Numbered from the stretch's first letter, positions 21,408-31,233 are shown. The stretch is DNA of 32,000 nt from Candidatus Saccharimonadota bacterium (GCA_030429145.1 JAUIDC010000001.1:600001-632000), one strand, 5' to 3'. Notes: generated from the sequence alone by a model not told the origin. A program made the numbers and translations.

Positions 21408-23009
21408 TTAGTCTCTTTCGCTACTTGCGATGTATGATCAGCTATCTGCGACTTCATCGTAGGTGATACCTTTCATGACTGTTTTGAGTGGCTTGTAGGC
21501 GATAGCAAGGAGGAGTCCATTGATTGCAACTCATCGTAAGATGAGCCTAAGATAATCATTGTAAGCGATCGTCTGTACAAAGTTAGTAAATCGCCATGCT
21601 CATCATCATACTATCAGGACACTTCCTATGAGGATGGTGAAATATTTCCATGAAAAACGCAGTGAAACGCGCTTCCGCTTTGCCACCAAAAGGCTTCACA
21701 GCAAATAGAGTACCTCCATGAGTATCTGGGTCACAATACCTCCTACAATAGCATATTTAGGTATTACAATCGCTCCAACTATCATACCGATGATCACACC
21801 AAAGGCGTTTACTTTCAGTAGATGATTATTGAGTCAGGTAGATACGAACATGAAATTGTAGATTTGCTTCGCAAAGCTTAAGAGCATGGCAACAGCGAGC
21901 CATGGTAATATGAAGTCCGAACCGAATCAGTCTACAAACTGAGATAAGAACTCGCTCCCACTTACGAGGTAGATGATGTTGCTGTTGAATATCCGAAAGT
22001 TTGCGACAAAGATCATTCCTATCCAAAGGACAAAGATGAGAAGATTGCCAAAGCTTTTGCGTTTTAACTCATCAGAGTAGGCTGTCACTTTGTGGATGAT
22101 ACTGTTTCCAAGTGATGATGGAACAATAAGGAGTATTTCCATAAGGGCTGAAGCTACCGCCCACATACCAATATATGCAAAGCCGTCCTTTGTTGGGAAG
22201 AAAATACCAAGTAGTATCATCACTCAGAGAGTATGCAAACTACTGAGACAGTATGCGAATCCGTACTGCCAGTTATCTTTGATGATCTTTCGCGTGAATC
22301 ACCGATCTGCTTTGAGCTTCAACTTAATATGCTTGTTACTTATCCTTCGGACGTACCGTCACTGTACAGCAGCACTCACGAGGACTGAGCCTATCATCAG
22401 TAAAAATGCAGTAAGTGAGTACTCTGTTGCGACTGAAAAGTCTGGATTATTGTAGACTCGTACGATACCAAGAAGTACGAGAATTTGAAATATCCTTGCA
22501 AGTGAGAGCGCGATACTCACATGTTTCATCCCCCAGAAAAGCTGAAGGGGCAGCTGCAATATCCCTGCAGTCATAAAACTAGCGGAGAAGATCATACCAA
22601 GAGGGAGACCTCGCATAAGGAACGGATTGTCTGTATATGCTGGGATGAAATATGCGATAAGCAGAGCAGTCAGATAGACGATGGTGATAGTGACAAACCT
22701 CGACATCACAAACTTCCCATAGTAGCCCTCGATCTCTTTTTTCCCTTCTCATTCAGGGAGCTGTCACTCTTTCAGGCGTAATTTCTCTTTGATGCCTCAG
22801 ACCTTATTGAGTGCTATCACATAGAGCCCAAAGTCAGCAAAGGCCGATCGGATAGCGAAGTATTTCAATATCGTTGAATAATCTCCATATCTGAGTGGTC
22901 CTAGGTACGGTGTCATGATCTTTACCACCAAAAAACCGCCAAGAGCGGATATGATACGGCCTAATATCTGCCAAAATGCATCTTTTACAACGAGTTTATA
23001 TGAGGACAT
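21408..23009 (-). CDS. MOP-superfamily oligosaccharide/polysaccharide flippase (Wzx/MurJ-like), 533 codons
   Basis: ORFs 22797-23009, 22359-22709 and 21927-22223 share a frame. I traced that frame down to the first non-TGA stop, TAA at 21408-21410. At least 13 in-frame TGA codons. Polytopic membrane protein. The N-terminus MSSYKLVVKDAFWQILGRIISALGGFLVVKIMTPYLGPLRYGDYS resembles the polysaccharide-biosynthesis-protein family. Confidence 0.7.
21600..21608 (-). other. three consecutive in-frame UGA codons (Gly-Gly-Gly) inside the flippase gene
   Basis: Plus strand tca tca tca at 21600-21608 reads GTA TGA TGA TGA GCA TGG on the minus strand, in the flippase frame (..LIV-G-G-G-AWRF..). Confidence 0.7.
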
Positions 23010-23010
23010 A

Positions 23011-23589
23011 CTATGATTTATTGAGTAAGAGTTTTTTCTTGTTGCTATAGTAGAGAATTCATATGAAAGAGAGAGAGGCTGCTATTATCATGATATAGAT
23101 GAGAAAATCAAATCCGAGGAAAGTCACGGCAATTCAACCTACGATGGCAGCAAGTCAATTAACGATGTCTTGGCTTCATTCATAGAGTCATCGCTTAAAT
23201 ATTGCACTTTCTTTCGAACTATTCTCTTCGAGTTCTTCATCAAATATAGGATTGGCCATCGCATTTCCAAGGGCTATTACTACTTGAGTAATAAAGAGTG
23301 TGATGATGTTTCCTACTATTAAATATAGTGCAATACCGATGAGCCAAACAAATCGTCAGCCTGTGAGCAATAACTGTCTATTTCTATCTGCCCACTTCAA
23401 ACGATGAATAAGTATGGTACAGATTCCTGACGTAATCAGGAAAATAGCCATTGCACCCGATGCATCTAAGATGTCTCCACCGATATCTTGTACGAAGATA
23501 GCGTAAATAGGCAGAAGAATTCCTTCTGCGAATACAGAGCAACTGTAAGCATAAATGAGGAGTTTATGCATATGTAGGCGCTTTTTCAT
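23011..23589 (-). CDS. polytopic membrane protein, possibly half-size MFS-like (192 aa)
   Basis: ORF 23356-23589 extends through six in-frame TGA codons to TAG at 23011-23013, 1 nt before the flippase start. Hydrophobic throughout (…PIYAIFVQDIGGDILDASGAMAIFLITSG…). The family assignment is a guess. Confidence 0.5.
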
Positions 23590-23640
23590 CTGAAGAGAGT
23601 ATCATCAAATAAATTGTTATTAATGTATGAAAACAGATAG

Positions 23641-23664
23641 AAAAAAAAAGAGCTAGAAGCTCTT
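23641..23664 (-). terminator. rho-independent terminator after the Nudix gene
   Basis: On the minus strand, AAGAGCT-tct-AGCTCTT followed by a T9 run. The hairpin overlaps the Nudix TAA (23663-23665). Confidence 0.7.
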
Positions 23665-24139
23665 ATTTTATTTGCTCGTGACTCTTGATTTTTCCATCTT
23701 CAGAGAAGTGAAATATATACTCAAAATACTCTCCATCAAACATTCTCGGCATCCGATAGATGTCATCGTCCCACATTTTATCATATGGGATCTCATCTAC
23801 ATCAAACCATTGAGACAGAAGCTCATCAGTTTCCTGAAAGTCACCTGTGTAGTCCTTGATGACAAATACATGAGCCTCTTGATCTCGGTCTGGTTTGTTC
23901 TCGTAGTAGAGTTTATTGATACCGACATGTTTAAAAGAGTCTTCTGGCAGATCAATGCCGGTTTCTTCTTGTAGTTCTCTTTTCGCAGACTGAAGAAGAG
24001 TCTCTTCTCATTCGATCTTTCCACCAGCGCCATTCCATTTACCGAGAGAGATAGTAAACCCAGAGTTGGTTTTCTTTTTGGCGCAGAGGAGTACTTGGCC
24101 CTGAGGGTTAAATACGTAGATGAGTGAAGTTTGTTGCAT
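23663..24139 (-). CDS. Nudix hydrolase (MutT-like)
   Basis: Missed by the ORF track, which reports 23797-24144 in a different frame. MQQTSLIYVFNPQGQVLLCAKKK...LGKWNGAGGKIE[TGA]EETLLQSAKRELQEETGI is a complete Nudix box GX5EX7REUXEEXGU, with TGA (24008-24010) on the conserved Gly. 158 aa. Stop TAA. Confidence 0.85.
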
Positions 24140-24159
24140 CTCAATGAGTCATAAATAAA

Positions 24160-26112
24160 CTATTTCTTCTCAGCTTTCTTCAACTCGCCACGATGTTCTT
24201 CTATGATTTTTTCGAGAGTAGCTTCTGCATTTTCAGATTCGTTCATCACTTTTTCAAACTCTTCTTTAGTGAGATATTCCTTTTCATAGAGGACATCTGC
24301 AAGCTTGTCGATAAGTTCTTTATTTGCGAGTAGGATGGCTTTTGCTCTTGTATAGGCATTTTCTATGAGCTCTTTCACTTTCATATCAATAAGCTCTGCC
24401 GTTTTTTCAGAGTATGGTTTGTAGAGCTGATATTCTGAGCTTCCTTCTTTTGTTGCATAGGTCAAAGTTCCTAGTTCTTCGTCCATGCCGTATTTCGTGA
24501 TCATATCTACAGCAATCTTTGTCACTCTTTCAAAGTCGTTTGCTGCACCAGTCGTAATATTTTCCTTACCGAAGAATATTTCTTCTGCGGCACGTCCACC
24601 GAGTAGGCCAACAAGTTCATCTAAGAACTTTGCTTTGCTATGAAGATATTTGTCTTCTGTCGGCATCATCCATGTGACACCAAGTGCCATACCACGAGAT
24701 ACAATAGATATTTTTTCTACTGGATCAGACTCAGGGAGATGGAATGCAGTAACTGCATGTCCTAGCTCATGATATGTCACGATCTTCTTCTCCTGATCTT
24801 TCAGAGATTTAATTTTCTTCTCTGGTCACATTACCATCTTTTCAAGACCATAGTCGAGGTCTTTATTGGTGATAGCAGTTCTATTGTCCTTTGCAGCTTT
24901 AAGGGCAGCTTCATTGAGGATAGTCTCTATGTCCGCACCAACAAATCCACTTGTTTTACGAGCAAGCGATTCGATATCGGCACTCTTGTCAAGCTTTTTA
25001 TTTTGTAGATGATACTTGATGATAAGTACTCTTTCCTCAAGAGTAGGACGTCCAACCATCACCTTACGGTCAAATCTTCCTGAACGCATGAGTGCAGGAT
25101 CGAGTGTGTCCGGTCTGTTTGTTGCAGCAATGACGATCACGCGGGTATCTTTGTCGAACCCGTCCATTTCTGTCAATATCTGATTGAGCGTTTGTTCTTG
25201 CTCTTGGTGACCACCAGTAAATCCAGAGCCACGTCTTTTACCTATTGCATCGATCTCGTCGATAAAAATGATAGCAGGAGCTGCAGCTTTTGCCTTATTG
25301 AAGAGCTCTCTTACTTTTGCTGCACCCATACCAACGAGCATTTCCATAAACTCTGAACCACTTGCAGAGAAAAACGGTACATTTGCCTCGCCTGCAACAG
25401 CTCTTGCCAGTAGTGTTTTACCGCTACCAGGCTGTCCATAGAGAAGTACTCCTTTTGGTACACGAGCACCAGCTCTTGAGAACTTGTTAGGATTTTTGAG
25501 AAATTCCACAATCTCAACAAGCTCTTCTTTCGTCTCTTCCATACCTGCTACATCAGCAAATCTGGTCTTCACATCTTTTTTGCTACTGAGCTTTCCAGCC
25601 TGTATCTTAAATGGCATACCACCACCTTTTGGTCACATGAAGCGTAGAAACACTAGCGCAATGATGACAAAGAAAAGGAGTGGCAAAATGGTCTCAAGGA
25701 ATAGTTTTCACCATACATTTCCTTCTTCACTGGCTGCGGTAATGATAGTGCTACCCGTTACTGAGATACCGAGATCTTTGAGCTCTGTCATCATGGGCTT
25801 CTGTGACGAGAAGACATTGTAGTAAGTAACTTTTACATCACTATTGAATGTCATCAAAGGTATATCAGCCTCCTTGTCTATCTTCTGATATCCTTCCAGT
25901 TTCGTATCATTGATGACTTTTACTCTTTCAAATGTCCCACTTTGGAAAACTGCAAGCCACTCTGTGAGATCCATCTCTTTCGTCTCTTCAACTCTTACTA
26001 GTCTTTTTTGACCAGTTGCATCCGTATTTATCTCAAAACTAGAATTGGCAAAATATAATACTACCGTAACTACCAACGCAAATATAATAAACCAACGAAA
26101 TCCTTTTTTCAT
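24160..26112 (-). CDS. ftsH: ATP-dependent zinc metalloprotease FtsH
   Basis: ORFs 24160-24780, 24826-25617 and 25708-26157 share a frame. TGA at 24826 (VM-G-PEKK), 25633 and 25708. Two TM segments. Walker [19 protein letters not shown]. Walker [13 protein letters not shown] region [20 protein letters not shown]. Zinc site HELGHAV. Start chosen at [15 protein letters not shown] (26110-26112), with an alternative at 26157. Stop TAG. Confidence 0.93.
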
Positions 26113-26198
26113 TCGCTCGACTAAACTAACAACTAAATAATGTGATCCATCGCACATGTTTCACTATAGATAAATAGCAGAGCATTGCAAGCGAGCAA

Positions 26199-26228
26199 TA
26201 AAAAAACTGGGCTACAAGAATAGCCCAG
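26199..26228 (-). terminator. rho-independent terminator after the 26239-26553 gene
   Basis: On the minus strand, CTGGGCTA-ttcttg-TAGCCCAG followed by TTTTTTT (the plus-strand A-run at 26199-26206). Confidence 0.7.
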
Positions 26229-26238
26229 CCAAATTTTG

Positions 26239-26553
26239 TTACATAGTGGTGACAAGAAACATTACTCCCTTGATTTCAATGGTGATACCCACCATGTATC
26301 CGGCTTTCCAAGCACTGGATTTTTTGTGTGGAAAGACCGAGTGATTGGTAGTAATCAATCCTAACTTATGAAGATAGTAAAGGATTGCTAGTGAGGTGAA
26401 AAACCAACCATGGATGATGCCAAAGACAAATTCATATAATTCACTGTCGGCATCTATGTCTGTATCTTTGATGAGATGGAGAGCAATTGCTCCTAGCCAA
26501 CCACGTCTGAGTATACTCAGATGTAAAACTGCCAAGAAGTACAATAAATGCAT
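26239..26553 (-). CDS. small hypothetical membrane protein (104 aa)
   Basis: Intact ORF, ATG to TAA. Three hydrophobic segments (MHLLYFLAVLHLSIL, FGIIHGWFFTSLAILYYL, MVGITIEIKGVMFLV). Followed by its own terminator. No recognisable motif. Confidence 0.5.
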   Translation of the reverse strand: MHLLYFLAVLHLSILRRGWLGAIALHLIKDTDIDADSELYEFVFGIIHGWFFTSLAILYYLHKLGLITTNHSVFPHKKSSAWKAGYMVGITIEIKGVMFLVTTM

Positions 26554-26642
26554 GTCTTTTGTTTTTAGTATAGAGGATAATAATTACTCATTTTATGAAG
26601 TCAATGATTGATTTTCGTCTATCAATCCGTATCATTGCTTTC

Positions 26643-27245
26643 ATGACATACAATCCATACGACCACTATTTCAAACAGGCAAAGAAGTCCGGCTACAAGG
26701 CGAGGAGTGCTTTCAAGTTAGAAGAAATAGACAAGAAATATAAGATTTTTGATAAGAATGTGAAAACAGTCATGGATATTGGGTGTTCGCCAGGTTCCTG
26801 GCTCCAATATGCAAGTGATGCTATGAAGAAAAATAGGATTAAGAATCCGTTAGTAGTTGGTTTTGATATCAAGCCTGCTACAGTTGAGATTCCTGATGTG
26901 CATCGATATGTGCAAGATATCCAAGATACAGAAGCTGTCGAGAAGATTATGGCAGGACATGGAGTAGAAAAATGTGATGCTATCATCTCTGACATGGCGC
27001 CAAACACGATCGGATTTAAGGATATTGATGCGATCAGAAGCATTGAGCTACTTCGTACTACTTTGCCACTATATGAAAAATTTCTTAAAGAGGGAGGCAA
27101 AGCTGTCATCAAAATCTTCATGTGACCTGGCTTTGAAGAGTTCCTTTCTGAGTTCAGAAAGCTCGTTGGTAGCAAAAATGTCAAAACCTTTAAGCCCCAG
27201 GCAACGAGAAAAGAGAGCAAAGAGACTTACATAGTGAAGTTTTAG
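26643..27245 (+). CDS. rlmE: 23S rRNA (uridine-2'-O)-methyltransferase RlmE/FtsJ
   Basis: MTYNPYDHYFKQAKKSGYKARSAFKLEEIDKKYKIF. SAM motif VMDIGCSPGSWLQY. ISDMAPN. VIKIFM[TGA]PGFEEF (conserved Gly of F.G.G). TGA at 27123-27125. True stop TAG at 27243-27245. Upstream alternative start at 26595. Confidence 0.85.
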
Positions 27246-27976
27246 TCTATATCAGGAAGAGCAAATTGGTCGTATACTTGCTTGTCGGTCATGTCCCAGG
27301 CTTTTTCTACATCTTCAGGAAAGAACTTTACTGCATTTGGTTGAAAATATTGCCATTGTAGAAAACTAAATTTTTGTCTTAGACGAGCAGTGATAATGAC
27401 AATGACGGCATTGGGTCTGTTGGTTAATTTATTTTCAGTAACGTGGATAGAGCAGAACTTTCCAGCATCAGGATGACCAAATGGTCAAGGAAACTCAATT
27501 TTTTCATAATAACCACCGTTTCCGTCTTCATCCCATATATCAACATTGTTTGCCTCATTAATTTTGTCTCAGTATTCTGGGGTAACATCATATATGTATT
27601 CGGGATGCTGTAGGAAAAGAATCCTGTCAATAGGCTGTCATTCACCCTTGTCAGCACTGATCTTAGCATTCTTAATAAAAGAGAGCATCTCTCTTTTTGC
27701 ATGCCTTTGTTGGAGCTCTCCTCCTGTATACAATACAGTGAGTATATCGAGATAGTCTGCTAATTCTTCCATGTTATTGGGGTCGAAAGAGCGATATGGT
27801 TTCTCATATTCTCATTTCCATACCATGCTTAACTCTTTCAAAACGCTCTTTATCTCTTCCTTTTGTTCAGGCGAGAAACGCTCAAAGTTCAGTAAGAGCT
27901 GAGAGACTGTGTTTGCACTATGACCCTCATGGAAATCCAACTTTCTCTCTTTGTTGGTTGATCTAGGTGTGTTCAT
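27242..27976 (-). CDS. hypothetical soluble protein (about 244 aa from ATG 27976, about 267 aa if TTG 28045)
   Basis: ORF 27812-28045 continues in frame through TGA at 27812, 27638, 27569 and 27485 to TAA at 27242-27244. ...EQKEEIKSVLKELSMVWK[G]EYEKPYRSFDPNNMEELADYLDILTVLYTGGELQQRHAKREML...WDEDGNGGYYEKIEFP[G]PFGHPDAGKF...NAVIVIITARLRQKF. No TM segment and no motif I recognise. The tracked ORF 27424-27702 is in a different frame and looks spurious. Confidence 0.55.
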
Positions 27977-28056
27977 TCTTGTGGGTGATGTATAAATATC
28001 AAAGATAGTACTTTTATTTAGAGATAAGTCAATACTCTCTTGCAAATGTCTTACGC

Positions 28057-28689
28057 ATGGCTACAATTGCGTTTCTCATTTATTTTTGCACGATAGGGTT
28101 GATGCACGAAGGTCTGTTTCAAGCGTTAGGAGATTCTCGTAATGTCTACTTGTCGACACAGCTTTCTTTTGAGCAGAGCAATGCGTTAATAGGTACTAGA
28201 CAGCAAATTCTAGAGAATTTTGGAGAAGAACAGATAAAAGAATTGCCGTGGGTGCATCATTTGACTCGATCGTTTTTGGGTACGAAGAGTGCGGAGCAGT
28301 TGAAAGATTTGCATGATAGACTAGTGAAAGTCTGGCCGGAGTTGAAACATTATCATGTCGCTTTCCATAAACTTGGACGATTTCGTAGCTTTGTGAACAA
28401 TAGACCCATCATTTTTCTCGAGCCATCAGAGCAAGTAAACAAGGAGAGACTGCTAAAATTTCGACAGGCACTCAGGATGGATGAGTGGAGTCCAAAAATA
28501 TCGATAGATGACTTTTCACCACATATTACTTTAGCGCAGCTGGCAGAAAGTACTGAAGATCAGCTTGTAGAGGCATTCTTGGCAGAAAATCCTCATCTTG
28601 CACATGAGATATATCCATCTCTCGATACCTTATATTTCCAAGGGAAACATGATAAAACGAAGATTTCTGTACAGATTGTGCAGTCGTAA
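28057..28689 (+). CDS. 2H-phosphoesterase superfamily protein (2'-5' RNA ligase / LigT-ThpR-like)
   Basis: Two H-x-T/S motifs in the right spacing and context: WVHHLTRSFLG and FSPHITLAQL. An internal start at 28102 (MHEGLFQAL...) is equally plausible. Stop TAA. Confidence 0.7.
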   Translation: MATIAFLIYFCTIGLMHEGLFQALGDSRNVYLSTQLSFEQSNALIGTRQQILENFGEEQIKELPWVHHLTRSFLGTKSAEQLKDLHDRLVKVWPELKHYHVAFHKLGRFRSFVNNRPIIFLEPSEQVNKERLLKFRQALRMDEWSPKISIDDFSPHITLAQLAESTEDQLVEAFLAENPHLAHEIYPSLDTLYFQGKHDKTKISVQIVQS

Positions 28690-28756
28690 TCTCTTGCAAA
28701 ACCCTAGGTAATCATTACTATTTCGCTTAGATTACTCACTCACTTACTTACTGCTT

Positions 28757-30088
28757 ATGAAAATTGGACTTATTGGAGCTACCAATGTCGGGAAGTCGAC
28801 ACTATTTAACCGTTTACTCGGGAGTTTTCGTGCAATTGTCACGGATATTCACGGTACAACAAGAGAGCTCCTTCGTGATCACTCTATCCTTTCTGATCTT
28901 GCTGGTACAGAGCTTATAGATAGTCCCGGACTGGATAACTTTGAGCAAGAGATTCCTTATATTCAAAAGATTATTGCAGAAGCCGATCTGCTTCTCTTTG
29001 TTGTTGATGGCAAAAAGGGGCTTACTTCAAAGGAGGAGAAGATTCATGATATGATCCTTTCTCAGGGAGTAAAAGATAAGACGATTTTGGTGGTGAACAA
29101 ACTAGAAGGGAATTTTATTGATAAGAAATACACGCTTGCGTTGACCGACTATTATTCACTTGGTTATAAGCATATTGTTGGTGTTGCTGCAAAGCATGGT
29201 GAAAATATTGATATCTTGTTGGAAGATATTCAGCAATTGAAAGAGGTCTACAAACTTGATGAGTCAAAACTGGAGGAAAACCTCGAAGAGGATGTTATTA
29301 ATCTGGCTATTGTCGGGAAACCAAATGCTGGAAAATCTTCACTACTAAACTTTCTTGCAAAGGACGCTATTGCACACGTGGACGACAAACCGGGAACGAC
29401 GCTTGACTATATCACGACCGATATTACTATCGGAAAACAACTATACAGATTGTATGATACCGCAGGTATTCGCCGTGGGGCGAGGGCAGCGCAGTTAGAA
29501 AAAATTGCGTGGGAGAAAACATTTAAGATGATAGAGTATGTGAAGCCTTTGGTTATTATGATGATAGATATTACCGAGTCGATTACGCATATGGATATGA
29601 AGATTATTGGTGATATGATTCGTTTTCATGTGCCGATTATTATCGTGGTGAACAAGGTTGATCTCGTGTCAAAAAAGGAACTGGAACAGAAGATGGAGTT
29701 GATAGTGAAATATCTGGAGATGGCAAAGTGGATACCGATTGTACCGATTTCTGCTAAGGAGGGGACAGGTGTTGCGCAGCTTTTCAGTTTTATCAAGAAG
29801 ATCTATGCTGACATGGGTATGCGTATCACTACTGCACAGCTTAACAAGATCCTTGGTGAGGCAATGGTGAAAAATCCACCGCGTTTTCCGAAAAACAAGA
29901 TCTGTCGTTTGTATTATGCCTCACAGGTGAGTAATCATCCGCCCAAATTTCTGATGTTTATTAACTCCTTGGAGAAGAGGAACTTTGCGTTTACGAGGTG
30001 GCTTGAAAATGTGATTCGTCGTTCGTTTGGTTTCGTAGGAGTACCTCTCATTATTGAGTTTAAAGAGAAAGAGGATAGACATAAGTAA
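28757..30088 (+). CDS. der: ribosome-biogenesis GTPase Der (EngA), tandem GTPase domains plus KH-like C-terminus
   Basis: G1 motifs GATNVGKSTLFNRL and GKPNAGKSSLLNFL. DSPG and DTAG. NKLE and NKVD. C-terminal ...PKFLMFINS...YLENVIR-type tail. 443 aa with no in-frame TGA. Confidence 0.92.
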   Translation: MKIGLIGATNVGKSTLFNRLLGSFRAIVTDIHGTTRELLRDHSILSDLAGTELIDSPGLDNFEQEIPYIQKIIAEADLLLFVVDGKKGLTSKEEKIHDMILSQGVKDKTILVVNKLEGNFIDKKYTLALTDYYSLGYKHIVGVAAKHGENIDILLEDIQQLKEVYKLDESKLEENLEEDVINLAIVGKPNAGKSSLLNFLAKDAIAHVDDKPGTTLDYITTDITIGKQLYRLYDTAGIRRGARAAQLEKIAWEKTFKMIEYVKPLVIMMIDITESITHMDMKIIGDMIRFHVPIIIVVNKVDLVSKKELEQKMELIVKYLEMAKWIPIVPISAKEGTGVAQLFSFIKKIYADMGMRITTAQLNKILGEAMVKNPPRFPKNKICRLYYASQVSNHPPKFLMFINSLEKRNFAFTRWLENVIRRSFGFVGVPLIIEFKEKEDRHK

Positions 30089-30149
30089 TCTTGTAATAGG
30101 AGCCCCGTTCGACTATAGTGCAGGTAGTTTTATCACATTATCTTTATAG

Positions 30150-30791
30150 ATGAAAGATATCAATTTTTACCGCGTCTTCAAGGACGACGGTCTAAAACTC
30201 GGCTGGAAACACGCAAAAAAAGATTTCTTTTTCTTTTTGCAGGTGTTTGTGCTTGTTGGGATAGCAAGTGCGATTCCTATGATTGTCAATTGGATATATG
30301 GTATGCCATTTGATACTCCAAACTTTGGCGATGTGATCTCGACATTGTTGAGTCTTATATTTAGCTTTGGTATGATCAAAATTTTCATCCATTTTGTTCG
30401 TAAGGGGAAGGCAGATCTAAAGGATTTGCGAAATCATGACTGGGTGCGTTTTCTTCGGTGGTTTTTGACGAGAATAGTGACAGCTGTTCTTATCGGAGTA
30501 GGTATGGTATTGTTGATTGTCCCTGGTATCTACGTTGCTGCAAGACTCTATCTCTATGAGTACTATGTGGTAGACCAGAAGTTAAATACGATAGAGGCTA
30601 TCAGTGCAAGCTGGGAGGTGACAAAAGGTCATGTATGGCAGATCATTGGTATTGGACTGTTATCTTTTGGTATTCTGTTGTTGGGAACGCTCGCGCTTGG
30701 TATTGGTCTTCTTTGGGCTATACCGACAGTGAAACTTGCCCAGGCTACGCTCTATAAGAAGCTGACTTCACATGATGAGTATCTAGCGTAA
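30150..30791 (+). CDS. hypothetical polytopic membrane protein (213 aa)
   Basis: Intact ORF, ATG to TAA, with about five TM segments. The layout resembles DUF975/YciC-like integral membrane proteins, but I cannot confirm a family. Confidence 0.6.
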   Translation: MKDINFYRVFKDDGLKLGWKHAKKDFFFFLQVFVLVGIASAIPMIVNWIYGMPFDTPNFGDVISTLLSLIFSFGMIKIFIHFVRKGKADLKDLRNHDWVRFLRWFLTRIVTAVLIGVGMVLLIVPGIYVAARLYLYEYYVVDQKLNTIEAISASWEVTKGHVWQIIGIGLLSFGILLLGTLALGIGLLWAIPTVKLAQATLYKKLTSHDEYLA

Positions 30792-31201
30792 TGCGTGCAT
30801 TGAGCTGGAAAGAGCCATACGGCTCGCTCATGCTCTGCGGAAAAATAGAAACAAGAACCCGGTCAACGAACTATCGCTGACCGGTTTTGCTATGCTGCAG
30901 TCAGAAAGGGTATACTGATAAGGAGCTGCTGCAGTGAGCAGGAGAGAAACAGTATGGGCGTATCAAGCAAGCGCTAGGTGGCAGAGAACTGCAGCATGGC
31001 CACGCTATCGCCGTAGGCGAGCTGATAGAGTGCAGGCCGATGAGACCTGAAGACGCCGATGCCTGCTTCGTTGACTATCGTCCCGGCCTGCGATGTCATG
31101 TCTATACCAATGTGAAACCAATCCAGCCCATTCCCTTTAAAGGTGGGCAGAGGCGAAAGAAAATCGATGAGAATATATTGCTACAGATCAGGTATCTATA
31201 A
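30791..31201 (+). CDS. ASCH-domain (PUA-like fold) protein, 136 aa
   Basis: Absent from the ORF track (two in-frame TGA codons). MRALSWKEPYGSLMLCGKIETRTRSTNYR[G]PVLLCCSQK...HGHAIAVGELIECRPM resembles the ASCH pattern (W..L...GKK.ETR.W.T.YRG.LLIHA). The start ATG overlaps the preceding TAA (TAATG at 30789-30793). Stop TAA at 31199-31201. Confidence 0.65.
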
Positions 31202-31206
31202 TAGAA

Positions 31207-31233
31207 AAACTCTCCAAGCGGAGAGTTTTTTTT
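31207..31233. terminator. bidirectional rho-independent terminator
   Basis: AAACTCTCC-aagc-GGAGAGTTT followed by TTTTT, with an A-run upstream. The T-run overlaps the TAA (31232-31234) of the convergent DUF2231 gene. Confidence 0.8.

Noticed and set aside
27977-28045. TTG start at 28045 for the hypothetical minus-strand gene
   Set aside because: It would leave only 11 nt between divergent start codons. ATG 27976 gives a plausible shared promoter region. The TTG start is kept as an alternative only.
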